Source: Camelus dromedarius
Lineage: Eukaryota
Assembly (NCBI RefSeq): GCF_036321535.1
Contig: NC_087442.1
Span: forward strand, 68,882,001 to 68,946,000
Length of the DNA stretch: 64,000 nt
Reading direction: 5' to 3'
Below the pieces are notes generated by a model. The model worked only from the letters and a program-made list of their open reading frames with translations. It was not told where the DNA came from and made no database searches. Shown here piece after piece: positions 41,021 to 54,940 of the stretch (within the stretch, counting starts at the first letter, position 1; the number at the start of each line of letters is the position of its first letter). The position numbers and the translations under genes are program-made.

Positions 41021-41394
41021 NNNNNNNNNNNNNNNNNNNNNNNNNNNNNNNNNNNNNNNNNNNNNNNNNNNNNNNNNNNNNNNNNNNNNNNNNNNNNNNN
41101 NNNNNNNNNNNNNNNNNNNNNNNNNNNNNNNNNNNNNNNNNNNNNNNNNNNNNNNNNNNNNNNNNNNNNNNNNNNNNNNNNNNNNNNNNNNNNNNNNNNN
41201 NNNNNNNNNGACCTNNNNNNNNNNNNNNNNNNNNNNNNNNNNNNNNNNNNNNNNNNNNNNNNNNNNNNNNNNNNNNNNNNNNNNNNNNNNNNNNNNNNNN
41301 NNNNNNNNNNNNNNNNNNNNNNNNNNNNNNNNNNNNNNNNNNNNNNNNNNNNNNNNNNNNNNNNNNNNNNNNNNNNNNNNNNNNNNNNNNNNNN
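41021..41394. other. Two N-runs (189 and 180 nt) separated by a 5-bp island GACCT at 41210-41214
   Basis: Undetermined bases. Confidence 1.
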
Positions 41395-42422
41395 TCAGAA
41401 ATCCATGCAGCAGGAGCTTTTCATGAGGATCAATTGTACGCATCCAAACAGATTAGATAATTAAATTTTTAAATGCAAGGAAGTCTGGAACTATTATCAG
41501 AGATTTAAACATATATATATATGTAGCTGAAGACAAAGTCTATCACAATATTCACAAAATCCTAGAATAATTTTCAACTGCTCTATTCCATTTGAAAAAT
41601 CTATATATAAGTTTTTTGCACACATATCAAATTCATCTCATATGATTGTCACAGATACAAATACAGCAAATAGCAGAAAAAAAGATCTGATGACATTTTC
41701 TAATAATCCAAAATTGTCACAACATTTGCTATTGTGCAGCTTATTAGCATAAAAACCACTACAGCAAGAGTCAAATTCCATTTTGAAAGTCGCTGCAGTG
41801 TTAAGCACCTTGAGAAATTGCAGAAGTTGCTCTCTACATTTTGTGTACTTTATATACTACAAAAGTCATTTTAAATTTTAAATGAAATGCTTTTATAAAT
41901 ATGAAGGTGGGTAGGATGTAAAACAATGCATATATAAAAATGTTTTATCATTACAAGGCAGTGAGTCATTGTTTCTGAGAGTACCAAGACGTGTTCGCCC
42001 TCCATAACTTACGTCAGGGCTGTGCTAACAAAGCTGTTTTCACCTGATGTCTCATCCATCTTTTCAGCCTGAACACTGAAATTGCAGTGTGCTTGGTGAC
42101 ACTTATATTTGTCATTTTCTTTCTTTTCACTTTTCTCTTAAAATTTTTTTTAACTTTTCTTGCTGTAACTCTGAGTAGTTATAGGCACTTTATTTTTAAA
42201 TAAAAATAGCCTGCAAGAAAAGCAGAGTTTAGGACTTAATAACTGTTAAATATGAAGCTGTTTAATGAGGCAAGTGATATCTTCTCTACTGAAAAGCTTT
42301 AAATATTCATACAAAGGAAACAGTTATGGTCATTTTTAATGAATAGAATCTCATTTTAAAAATTGATTTCATATTTATTATGTGCTTTATTAACAACACT
42401 GCACTTTGTGATTGCATTATTT

Positions 42423-42696
42423 TTCCTTTTTTAAATCATTTTTATTGAAGTTCAGTTTACAATGTTGTGTCAGTTTCTAGTGTAGAGCAGAATGTTTCAG
42501 TCATACAAATACATACATATATTCTTTTTCATAGTCTTTTTCATTATAGGTTACTACAATATATTGAATTTAGTTCCCTGTGCAATACAGTAGAACTTGC
42601 CATTTGTCTATTTTATATATAGTAGTTAGTATCTGCAGATCTCCAGCTCCCAATTTATCCTGTCCCCACCCCCTTTACCCCTTGGTAACCATAAGT
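42423..42696 (-). mobile_element. 5'-truncated L1 3' UTR with target-site duplication
   Basis: tttttattgaagttcagtttacaatgttgtgtcagtttctagtgtagagcag... is the reverse of the L1 terminus seen at ~63620-63680. TSD tttgtgattgcattattt (42405-42422) / tttgtgattgcactattt (42697-42714), one mismatch. Confidence 0.9.
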
Positions 42697-43274
42697 TTTG
42701 TGATTGCACTATTTAATTTTATTTCCCAAGAAAGCATCATTCTTTTTGTGATTGATTACTTAATATTTATGGATCTTAGTTCCAATATCTAGAGACTAGA
42801 AATTATAATAATTCCTATTAAAGAACAGTAAACTAATTATAGTTAATTTAAAAATCCTTCACAACCACTTATATGTTGCCCCAGTAAACAAAGATTACAA
42901 TGAAGAGCATTTATATAGATACATAAATGATAATCATTATCTGTGGTATCATTACAGTGGTAATCCAATATGAAGTATTCTGTAGGCCAACTTATTAATT
43001 TTATTAATTATAAAATTGAAGCCTAAGATATTTCATTGGCTTTTGCTCTTAAAGAGTTGTGGCAGAGAGAGGAAGAGGGCCCAGGGCTTGTATCCACATA
43101 CAAGTTTTTTTAATGTTTTATGATGTTCCATTATTTTCATAGCTAATGTATGTAATTGAGAAACTCAATGCCCCTATTTTCTTCTACATACTGAGAAATG
43201 TCTTTATTAAATGGGAATATTATTTATGATTTATAATAGCTGTTATTTTTATCACAATACTGAAAGTAGTTGAG

Positions 43275-43443
43275 GGCGCTGGAGAGCTTGAAACACTGGC
43301 TATACATTAGAATTACCTGGGGATGTTGATAAAAATAAACTAATGACACCTGACCTCAACACAGGATCAATTATATTAGTCTCAATATTTTTTAAGCTTG
43401 TCAGGTGATATTAATGTATGGTCAGGTTTAAGATCACTTCTCT
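43275..43443. mobile_element. MER5A-like hAT MITE
   Basis: acattagaattacctggggatgttgataaaaat...taagcttgtcaggtgatattaatgtatggtcaggtttaagatcact parallels MER5A (catcagaatcacctggagggcttgttaaaa...aagttcccaggtgatgctgatgc...ttgagaaccactg). Confidence 0.65.
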
Positions 43444-45364
43444 AGTTGTATATAGTTTAACATAAACTTGAACCCTCAAGAAATTAAAGTTATATATTAT
43501 AGCCAAGTAGAAAAGAAGTTTATACCATTGTCTGATAAACTTAGATAATGAAGATAGTCTTTAAAATGTGTATTAAAAGATTAACTCAAGTGGCAGAAAG
43601 GCTCATACATGTTGTGAACTAGTTGGCATTACATTAGGTATCCTAATTGGTTCCCATCATATTCTGAAATAAAATTCCATTTTATCAATCATCTAGTTTG
43701 CTTATGAAATGGTATAAATTAATAAAGGACATAATTTCCATAATTAGTTAGCCATCATTTATTTCCCTCTAGTTTCAAAACAATGTGATACTTATCTAAA
43801 GCATACATTTATTTCTTCTGTCAGTTGTTTGTAGAATGTCTCTTCGTTTTAATACACATTTATATTTTTGATATTGTTATCTTTATTAATGAAAGCAATG
43901 ACATTACAGAACCTCAACTGTTTCACATGTTAGAAACTAAAAATATAGAACATAGATTGCTATGTCAGCATGCGGGCTGACAAACAGAACAAGAGTTTGT
44001 AAATACACTATACACTAAATGAGTAAAAGTGGGGGATATGCACATTAACTCAGTTTGATTTTTTAAAAGTCATTTGAATGGAGGAAAAAGCAACCCAGGG
44101 GACAGCTATTTTGTCTTGCTACCTCTTGGCTTATTCTTCCTTGTCCTTTTTCTGAAGCAGTGTTTTCCAATCAAGTATCAGTCTGGAACATGGAATTCCG
44201 GGATTTTATTCCACTTACATATGAATTATCTGTGACCTTAAACCATGATGACTTTATTTATTATTAGGTAATAACTCACTTATTGGGTGAGATATGATTG
44301 TATAATCTACAGGAATGAAAATGGTAAATACAGGCAAACAAAAATGACTGAACTCTGTGATCTATTTCCTCTAATAACTCACAGCCACCAGTTGTTGATT
44401 TAGCCTGTGGCCCACTTCTCTATTTCATTCAGCTGCAAGACATTGCAGTCGTCCCTGCAGTGCAAAATTAAGCCATTTCAACAAATAATCTCAATATGTC
44501 CATTCTTTTCTGTTTGTTTCTTCCATTTGTATTTGGGAAAAGATATTTTGGTAACTTTTATTTTCCCTGTCTTGGAGTGATGTTAAGCCTGAACAAGAAA
44601 TGGAGACACTGGGAATTGTCAAACTATATATGTACATGACGGGAAAATCTGCACCAGGTGACTGTCACTTCTTCCTGTCTTATTCTATTAACACTGCTCA
44701 CAAAATTTTCTCTCCTCTACTCTCCACCTCATAGTTTCTGCTGTTTCATGACTTTTATTGTCATGAGTTCTTACAGCCGTCTCTCTGTGTGTCTGGGTGT
44801 TTAAAATACTCAGTTCTCTGTGTCTCTAGCAGTATTCAAACTCCCAAAGAGAGTAGATTTAATCTTTTCAGTTAGGATTCAATAACAAAATGTTCCTACT
44901 GAAAAGAGTTATTGTGCCAAACCATGTCTGAAGCGTAGAGAATGCAGACTTTGGTGCACGCAGAAGTTTCTAATCCATTAAATTGTGGTTGCGTGATATA
45001 AAGCATGACAGAAAACTACTATTCTGTTATTCAAAGGGAGGCTTTGGGTGTGGTGGAAACTCAGTTTAAAGGATTTCAATCCCTGTTTAGCTCCACCTAG
45101 ACACTGCAACCACACATCCCATAGGTAGCTTGAGGACTATATGTGTCACATGTGTCCTTTCCATGGTTCAATCCTGATTAGGTCCTGTCCCCTTCTATTT
45201 TTTTTCTGTTCAATGATTCCCTTCATCCTCCAGATAAATTCTTTATTCCTTACCATGTCTTACAAGATGCATTACGTTTTCAAACCCGCCTGCTTTTTCA
45301 TTATCACATCATTCTGCTCTGTCAGTCACACCTGTGATCCAGAAAATCTGAATTGCTTTTGCAG

Positions 45365-45490
45365 TATTTGTTCACTCAGCGAAAAACTATGGAGCACTCC
45401 CTATATGATAGGCACTGTTCTAGGCACTGGGGATACAGTAATAAACAAGAAAGACCAAAAAATTCATAGAATACATTGTCCAGTCATTAA
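45365..45490 (-). mobile_element. L2 3' end fragment
   Basis: ctatggagcactccctatatgataggcactgttctaggcactggggatacagtaataaacaagaaagac is a close match to the reverse L2 terminus. Confidence 0.8.
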
Positions 45491-46884
45491 CTTGACATTG
45501 CTACTACCCATCTCATCTTTCATGTCCTATCTATTTTATCTTCCATATTTTATATAATCACATATCACATATACTCAGGTTTACTAGAAATACAGACTAA
45601 ACTGGAGCATCTTGATATGAAGATATATTTAAAATATACTAAATGAACATTCTGTGTCACCTGGGCCTAAAACAGAACAAGGAATGTCTTAAGAACTATT
45701 CTCTTGCTTTATTGTTTCAAAGCATAAGGGCAGTGCAGTGTAATAACAAGAGATTGTTAAGCCAAGCTGCCCATATTCTGTTCTCAGGTTACTTACTACA
45801 TACAAGTTATTTATTAGTTTTCTCATTAAACATTAGGAATCATAATAGAATCTACCTCGTACGGCTATTGCTAGGACTGCATGTGCTAGTATGAGAATAC
45901 CCGGTCTGTATAAAAATGACGCAAGTCGAAGCCGTTGTAGTTTCTAGGTACAAGATTATTCCTTCTTGGGTATAGGTAGAAGCCCAAAGCACAAAAGAAG
46001 ACTGTCTGTTTAGCCGCTGAGTATTACCTAAATACAATTCTAATTTTTACAATTGTATAAGAATTTTTGGAGATAAAATGTCAAATATATTCTAGTAATT
46101 TTGTTGCAAAATCTATTTTAATAATAATTCAGATTAAATCATGACAATGGATTTATCAGTGAAGCAGGCTACAATAAGCAGAATCACAAGAAACGGTTCC
46201 CAAGCTTCATTCAGGATCTCTTACAATTATTTACTCTTGGTTTTCTAATTTAACAACTGTGTTAAAACAGCATTATATGAAATTAATTGCCATTTTTTGA
46301 TGTAAAATAATTTTTTTCAAAAGCATAAATACAGGCCATTGGAAAAGAATATTCAGTTAGAAAGTGATTAGTAATTTACAGACAAAGTTTCTCTCAAACA
46401 CTGGTCAATAGGAATTTATAAAATTTGAGGATGTACAAAATATATACTTATATCATTAATTTTATTGAATTTCACTTATTTAAAATTATATGTAAAATAT
46501 ATTAATTGAGGGATGATACTGTTTTCCGATATCATTTTACGAAAATATTTGTTTGATTTATTTCCATATATCTTTGTTATCAGAATGTTCAACATTATTT
46601 AAGCTGAATTTGGAGTCGCCAGAATTCAGCATTTTAAATTTTCTGTACCTGAAAATTATAAGGCTAATCAAAAATGCTCACATAAAAAAAAGACAGTTAA
46701 TTTGGGGGGGCTTTGGTGTCTATTTGCTCTTACCATGTACTCACTGTATTCCTTCTTTAAGTGTGCTTTAAAAGGTATATGTATATACATACATATATAA
46801 CATACACAGACATAAACATAACTTAAAGTCATAAGTTCATACCTCTAAGTATAATTTATAGGATTTAACATAATCCTGTACAAA

Positions 46885-47030
46885 GCATATGAATACTGAA
46901 AAGAGCTTGGATTTTGGAATCAACAACTTTGGCTTAAAACACAGCTCCAGCAACTTGTGTGGTTTGTGACAAGTTACTTTATCATTAACAGCCTCTCTTT
47001 GCTTACCTATAAAATAAAGTTTAATGGTCC
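46885..47030 (+). mobile_element. MIR SINE
   Basis: aagagcttggattttggaatcaacaactttggc...tgtgacaagttacttt...cttacctataaaat. Confidence 0.55.
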
Positions 47031-50000
47031 TTATCTTGCTTAGTACTCAGAACTTGAGTTTCTAAAGGACTTACTATCAATTGCATTAATTAATCACTTG
47101 TAGTCCTTCGACTTTGGTGTGTAACTTCTAAAGCAAGAGCTCAGCCTCCCTGTAGCAGCTCTGCCTAAGTATTAACAGGAGTTCCCAGAGGCTGCCTCCC
47201 TGCATTTCAAAAACAAATGTAATCCAGCTAGCGTGAACTATCAACCAGGAAATGCTGTACTCAGCTGTGCACCTCTATTCTCCTTGGCCTTTGTGTCACT
47301 AGGTAGACATGGCTACAACTTTGCTAAGCCACCAAGTACTGAGACCTCTTTCTCACTCCTCAGCAAGGTATTTTCTCTAAGATCTTGAGGTGCCCAAGCT
47401 CTTTGGTTTGTTTTGGGTAGGCTGAAAATAATGGTTCCCTCCCAATCTAACATTCTGCTATAGAAGGAGTAAAGCTTCTACCTGGATTTTGAAAAGCATT
47501 TTATATGAAACACATCTCAATTTTTTCTTAAACCTTTCTTTTTCTAAAAAATCAATTCCAGTTCCAAAGGATATGGGCCAAAAGACAAATTGACCACTTA
47601 CTGTACTTCGAATCATATTCAATTTTTATCCCTGAGATTTGTTGTGAAGTTTTCCACTCTTGTCTCTCTCTTCCCAGATCTTAAAACATGAGGGGTCCCC
47701 AACTCCAATTCCTGAAATTTAGCCAAGTCTGGATCTCATGTTTGGCTCCAACTGGGTGTGCTGGCTACGATTCCCCCATGCCTTCCCACCCTCCTCACAT
47801 CTGCATCTGTAAAATCCTGCTAGAGTATACATAAGGCCTTCACTCTACAATCGACTCACAGATACTAACAGCATCTAATTCTTCCTATAGTGACCCTTTT
47901 TTATTAGAGAAAAATGAACTTAATAAATGACATTTGGGAGCAAACTCCATGTATACAGGAGCTTCTGCACAGTAATACAGAAGTGAATAATTAAAATATT
48001 GTACTTATAGTATCCAGTATGCATTACATGAAGCTAAATAATCTTGCTCTTTCAGTAACATAAAACTCAAAATATAAACACTTTATTCCAAGGAAATCCA
48101 GTAAGACCATATGTTAAATGCTGTGTACTTAAGCAGGCTAAACTCTCAGGACCATAATTAGGGTCAGGATTAAAATTAGTACTGAGCCAAGCAGTCTGAG
48201 GGTATATTGATGCTATTTTTAATGATAAGCTTATATTGATGTGCTAGAAAAATGAAGCATTAGTAGCATTAAATGGGTTTAAATATTAATTCTTCTAGGG
48301 TATTTAGAAATAGAATATCCTGTTCCTATTCTTTCCTGACGATTGGCTTGTCAACATTTTAATTATCTCTTTGTTTTTGATCTTCAGTAGAGTCTATATG
48401 CAGAAGTATTTTGCATGTGAATGAGCATGCCTGTCCTACATCTGCGCTGTGCCAGTTCCAAAATTAGACCATAAAGACCTAGCAGTTCTCGCCATAAATC
48501 AAGGTATTTCTACAACTTTCAAAGCAGGGAAAGATATACACTGTTCAGTGAAATCATTTCACACATCACTTCAAACCACCTATTTCATGGGCTTGCCAAC
48601 TACTTTTACAGTTTCATAGAGTAAAAGCCTTCTATGATTGGTTCTCGAGGGCAGTGGAGCTGGGACCCTCGGCGTCCCACGGGTGTGCTTGGCGTGATTT
48701 GTGCTGCAGGCTGTGCTTGTAGTGTAAAGATCATGTGTTCACAGTGTGATTTCTGGATTGAATTAAAAAATACTTCAATAAGAGCATTCTCTTCTTCTAC
48801 TCATGCCAAAGGACAACTTTTGGTCCCAATTCTGGTAGATAATTCTGTTGGAGCAAGCAGAAAGAGCAGTTGTGACAAGGGGCCGTTGGGAACTCTGACT
48901 TCAGACAGCCTTGATGCTTGCTAGCTCGGAGGTCTGTGCCGCCTCTCTTTGCTTCTTTGAACAGTAGTATTCTTGTCTGTAAAACTGATCTAACACTGTG
49001 TACCTCATGAATTTATTATAAGGATAAAGCATATAAAGGATGTGAAAGAGCAGCTAACGCAGGATATAACTAAATTAAAAAAATTTTTTTCTACCCTACG
49101 AAATGGTGGATGGTTTAAAATATTTCAGTACCAATATTGGGTGCAATTTTGTTTGTGAGAATAAATATGGGATGGCTCCACTCCTTAAGAATATATTTTT
49201 ACTCTCAGTTTACCGTAACTCAGATTTTATTAAGACCTCGTAGCTATCTCCTGAGGTTTAAAAAGCCAGAAATTATTTCAGAATAGGGTTGGATCATGAA
49301 TCAACCAGATTTTGAGGATCAACTTACAATTTTCATGCTTCTTTATTCTTTGGTTTATGAAAATTGATGCTTTCTATTGTGGGATTCTTGTTCTCATGGT
49401 TTCATTGTTTCTTTTCAGGCTTTCGAATAGCAAAACGTCCAAATTATGAAACTCACAATATTAAACCCATTAGAATACAATTGCCCGCACCCAGCTCGCA
49501 CTTCGGTCATTTCGCACTTCGGTCATTACCTACAGCTAATGGTACAACTGGATCTTTCCAGTCCTCAGATTACTCGAAGCAGTAATACTTAGATTACATC
49601 AAGAGCTAAAAGAGCTTAGCCGTGTTTTTTGACAGTTTATTCTGTGATTGAATTACAGTATCACTAAGTAATGCACTTCCAAACTGCAAATTGCCTTAAT
49701 GTTGGAATGCTTTTCTCTTACTGATGTGTAGAGGTGGTGTTCTAATTTTATTTCCGCCACAATTACTATATCAGCTCCCATGGAGAGACAGCAAAGGTAG
49801 ACTGATAGAGCTTCATGGAGGAGTTTTGCATCCAGTGTTTTACTATTTAAGAGGATCTATGTGTAATAATTCCTAAGGAAAAATACATTTGTAAAGAGTG
49901 CTTCCAAAAACATCACCCTATTTCTTTTAAATTACTGTAAAATAACAAAGGTGCTGCAAAAGAGTTTTGTTAGTTTTTAATTTGTTCTCTTGTAAGTTGT

Positions 50001-50587
50001 GGCAGTTTGGGATGGACTTACTCCTTCTGTAGGTGTAGAAACAATCCTTCAGTATTACCATAACTGTATCAAGCACAAAAATATAAATTAGAATTTTATG
50101 AATATTGTACCTTTAAGACCTTGGTAAACAACTTGAAGCGGCTGTTCACCATGCTCAGTGGCAGATTATTCTAATGAGTTTCTGTAAAGAAGGGAAGGCA
50201 GGCAAAAGATGTAGTCCCTTTCTTTGGAAAAAAAACCCTGAAAAAGTGAGATATTGTTAGTTATAACACAAAAAAGTCATTGCTTACAGGGTCCAGCAAG
50301 TCAAATGAGTCTTGTTTTTAAAATTGCAAACTCTTACAGAGGCCAGCTTTAAAAATGAGACCATAAAATTTAGTTTAGGATTGATCTGTGACCTATACAA
50401 ATTTTGGAATCATTTGTCATCTAGCAAAACTAATATGTACAATTTTCTTCCTTGCTGTTATCTTGTAGCATTATTATATTCTATAGAGAACATCATGTTA
50501 AACGTTGTAGGAAACAAGTAAAATTCACAGCATCACAGCAATATGCAGTAATCAATGTAAGAGCTACTAGCACTGGGATTTTATGTA

Positions 50588-51260
50588 ATTTATTCAATTG
50601 ATATTTTTTGAGCACGTGCTCTGGGACATGCACAGTGTTATGCAGAGGAGCCACAAGGAGGTGCAAACATTCGTGCTGTTACCCAAATGACACATTGTCT
50701 AGTTGGGGAGAGGGATAGTAAACAAAGTTATAGCAAAAGTAAATAAAGTTTCACCCTATGATAACTGCTATGAAGCAAATAGAATATCATGAAAAATTTA
50801 ACAGTGAGACCTATTACAGATTCTCATATCAAGGAAGACATCACTGAAGTAGTAGCACTTAAACTGAAATGCAAGATTCAAGTTAGCCAGGTAGGGTGGG
50901 AAGGAGGGATGAGAAGATCCCACATGCATTGTAACATCTGTTCAAGACCCAAGACAGGAGAGCACTGCAGTTCTAAGTGTGGTGAGGAAGGAAGGAGTCA
51001 GTAAGAGTTAGTAAGATACTGGGTCTGTCATGGCAAGGACTTGAACAAAGGAGTTGCACGATATGATCCGTACTTTAAGAGGATCCTACTGATTATTCTG
51101 TTTCAATGCATTGAATGGTGGAGTCGAATTTATTTAGAATTCTCCTGCATTAGTCCAGGTAAGAGAGAAGAACATTTTCAACTAGGCAACTGAAAGAAGT
51201 GTGTGGGTTTGAGATGTATTTAAGGGTAGAAGTGACTGTGACTTTCTAAATTTGGGTAAT
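50588..51260 (-). mobile_element. L2 LINE fragment (~670 bp)
   Basis: ttattcaattgatattttttgagcacgtgctctgg...caaggaagacatcactgaagtagtagcacttaaactgaa...attagtccaggtaagagag...gagatgtatttaagggtagaa is a collinear reverse L2 pattern. Confidence 0.75.
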
Positions 51261-51392
51261 TGCAACAACTATGCACTTTTCTATCAATTTCCCTAGTAGT
51301 TAAAATCTCAAAGGTAGCTCAGTCACAATATTAAAATTGCTTCAACTAGCTATAAGCCCGAGATCTTTGGAAAAGACTGCTAGTGCTGTTTT

Positions 51393-51418
51393 CACACACA
51401 GACACACACACACACACA

Positions 51419-51460
<42 letters not shown>
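51393..51460. repeat. Compound microsatellite (CA)4 GA (CA)8 GA (CA)20
   Basis: Read directly from the sequence. Confidence 0.97.
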
Positions 51461-51462
<2 letters not shown>

Positions 51463-54114
51463 CTATTAAAGTAGGTAAGAATGTGAAACACATCTTTTAA
51501 CTTTTTTCCTGGCAGATCAGCTCTCCACAGCCCCCTTGACCTTGTTAGATATTAGTCAGCATGTGATCATCAACAAAACCTTGAATGTGAATTCTCAAAT
51601 TAGCATTCAGCGGGCCCTAAAACTTAGCAAGACTTTTGAGATCCCAACAGATGTTATTCATCTTTCAGTTGTGAAGTATGGTATTTCAAAAGATGCAGAT
51701 ATTTTATAGTATGGAAAGTTATTAATACTTAATATTTATACTTGCGTTTTTGCAGGTAAACATATATGTTGTGAAATATTGTTATAAGGATTTTGGAGAA
51801 GGAGAGATACCAGTGTGAAGGAAAAGTAAAATATTTTAATACTTAAAGGAATGTGAATGATCAGCATCCCTTCTAATGCCATTCAAAAGAATACATTTTT
51901 GTCCATGTATACATTCCAGGTAATGTTGAAATTACATAGAGTATTCAATCACTTGCTCAAAATGTACTGATCTTGAAAATTACAATGCTGATTGTTATTT
52001 TGGGGGTAATTTAAAGAAAAAAACAAAGGATTTACTACAAGAGTTTTAAATCAGTGCTGGCATGCATAATAAGACATTTTAAGTCTGTTTAGTCACCTTT
52101 TGGTGGAAAGTTTAGTAACAACTAAAGATTTGGGTTTGATAATGTTATACAGAGTTCCTTTAACAAAAGAATTAGAGACATTCTTCAAAGGATTAACATT
52201 TTATGAGTCAGGATGGAGGACTATGACTTCCATTCAAATAAATATATAGGGAAAAAATCCTATGGCTAGAACACACAGCTGGTGAAAAACATAATATTCC
52301 CACATACATTTCATGTCTTTTTGACATGTGTATCTTCACTGTATACAGACTTATACACGTGCAAACTTTCCCACAGAAACATGCCACATACGTAGAATTG
52401 GAATGTGTATTTTACAAATAATTCCTTTACAGACAATCCAGGCAATAAATACTAAGTGAAGTGATAAAACTATTTTTTTTTCTGTAGCTCACTCAATTAT
52501 GCAACACTGATCTAAATCTTTTTTTTTCTAATAGATTATTTTCAAAATGCTTTCAAGTCATAGAATGACCCAAGAATGCTATCGCAGTTCTCCCGATAAT
52601 ATTTTATTTAGTGTCACATTTTCAGGGATTTATGATTACCTGTCATAAGGAAAAGTTTGGAAAGACTACTTTTTTGCTATGAAGTTTATAGGTGGAGACT
52701 TCAAACATGAATTAAATCCAAATAATTAAGTAGGTGTCATAGCATGAGCAAAAATGGCATACTTTCATCACCCTAGGAAATGAGAAGGGGTGAACCTCAT
52801 CATTCTTTTTTTTTCCTGGTGTATCATGTAAATATTGGTAACTCTTGATTCCAGAGGATGTGATATTAAAAAGAGAGAAAAACCACAATAAAATTTTTTC
52901 ATTATAATTTACAAAATTCCAATTGGAAAGAATTGTCTAAAAACCTTAAAAAAAATAGAATCACCATAACATCTTCAGAAGGAAAAGATCTTAAAGATAT
53001 TCAGATATTACATCATTCTTTTCCTTTTAAAGTTTGCCTGAGAAATATTTAGGGGCAGGAATTTTACATGTGGTTTAACAGACACAAAGAAAGACACAGA
53101 ATCATGCCAGGAGTTCCAGCATAAATCAGATGGAGCATTAAATATGGTATTCAGAAAAAAAAAAACTAAGCTTTCTGAATATTTCTTAACTCTACAGTTA
53201 ATCTAGATATAATTGAAAATTATATTTTGTCGCTTAAATAAGAATAATATTACTAGTACAATATTAACACAATCTCAGCAGATCTCATCAGCAGATAGGT
53301 TACATGCTTCAAAAGCTGTTTTATTGGATGTGTTAGAGCACAAATATGTTGAAAACATTTTGACTTTGACTTTCCTCATTCTCCCCTACATAATTAAAGT
53401 AAGCTAATGAGTGTAAGTAAGAAACACATATTAAAGCCAAGAAGACTGTATTTGGTAACCCCTGAAGGCAATATTTGATACAAGTTGACAAAATTTCTAA
53501 TCTCTTACCCAAGAGAAATCCCAAAGTGGAAAAGACGGCCTACTTGAGGTCCAGAGTTTTTGTTTGAGAAGAATAAGGCACATCTGCTCAAAGCCCATCC
53601 ACTTCTTAAAATGTAGAATCTCTGGACTAGGAAGCCACAGAGTTGATGAAAGCTAAAATATAGTCAGAAATAGTCCCAGAGACTTTGAAGTAACTTAAAA
53701 AAAAAAAAAAAAGCTGTGAAAATCTAATGGGAATTGAGCACATTTGAGTCTAATTAAAAGAGACACTATTTTATGTAGTTTTGGATATGCTGATCCAGCC
53801 ATAGGAAGAATCCTGCATAATGAAAATCTTGCATGGGGAAGAGTGTTGATAGATAGGTCTTGAGTTGGAAGTATGAGGTCACTGGTTTATATCCTGAGGA
53901 GAAAACCTGGACATGTTCCATGAAAAACAGCTGCTTTTGTAAAATGTAATGTCTTGCACACAAGTGGAATTAAACTAGCTACTGTCATTTTAAGGATTCC
54001 ACAACTCTCAAAGAGAGGTGGACATTTGGACTCAAGCAGTTCAGATTTGCTGCTTCAGCATGAAAGTATAATTTTCCTTGAAATCAATCAGTAATAGAAA
54101 AAAATACATTTCAG

Positions 54115-54445
54115 TTAGAGTATATACTTTATGACCTGAGTTATTTACATTTATTGACACTTGCTTTATGGCTCAGAATGTGGGCTATCTTGTGTCATGT
54201 TTACTTGAAATGAATGTATATTGTATTGTTGTTTGGTAGAGGGTTCTACAAATGTCAGCTAGGTTTAGATGGTTGATAGTGTGTCTAAGTTTTCTGTATC
54301 ATTACTGATTTATATAAATCATATATATATTGTATCAATTATTTGAAAAGGATTGCTGACTTCTCTGAATATAAAATATATTCTGTGTAGTTCTGTCAGT
54401 TTTTGCTTTTTGTATTTTGAATTCTTCTTACTGGGTGAATGAACT
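54115..54445 (-). mobile_element. Old L1 ORF2 endonuclease-region fragment
   Basis: Minus strand reads caaaaactgacagaact...aacttagacacactatcaaccatctaaacctagctgacatttgtagaaccctctaccaaacaac...aagatagcccacattctgagccataaagcaagtgtcaataaatgtaaa, the L1 EN-domain signature. Heavily decayed. Confidence 0.85.
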
Positions 54446-54940
54446 AGCAGTTGTAGACCTTCTGGCTTAAGGGGCATGGGGCAAACCCACTTATGTGAGT
54501 AGGCTGTGAATGAAGCAGAGGGTGGCCAACAGGGACTGTACAAAGAACAAGAAAATAGCCATCTTGAGGGGTCTGACCAGACACTGACCCTTTCGACCTT
54601 CTCAGATTGAGTGACCCCAGCTGGGTCCTCTCGTTGCCTGGTGCCGCTTGCCCCAACTGAACGAGATCAGGTTCCGCAAAGAAAAGAGAAATGTTACTTA
54701 CTGGGCAAAGAATGGGGAAGGGAGAGCTCATGCTGGAAAGACCTCTTCTACTCAGGGGATGGAGGCAGGAAACATTTAAAGGATAAGAGGTGGGTACCAT
54801 CAGAACTGATGAATTCCAGAACCCGCCAGAGCATGAGCGGTCGTCTGGTCCCCTTTGCACGTGGCACAAATTGTGCAAATCCCGTTTGGACAGAGATCTC
54901 AGCATGGTAAGGAGGCAAAGGCAGCTTTCAGGCACTGTGG

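Noticed and set aside
51500-51680. Cryptic exon downstream of the long CA repeat (acceptor ttttttcctggcag|)
   Set aside because: Only a weak donor follows, and such acceptor-like sites are common in large introns.
8051-52210. Cluster of AP-1 sites (TGAGTCA at 8051, 11007, 11265, 14899, 23163, 41962, 52204)
   Set aside because: A rough estimate (about 32% A/T and 18% G/C per base) gives about 8 TGA(G/C)TCA per 63 kb by chance, so there is no enrichment.
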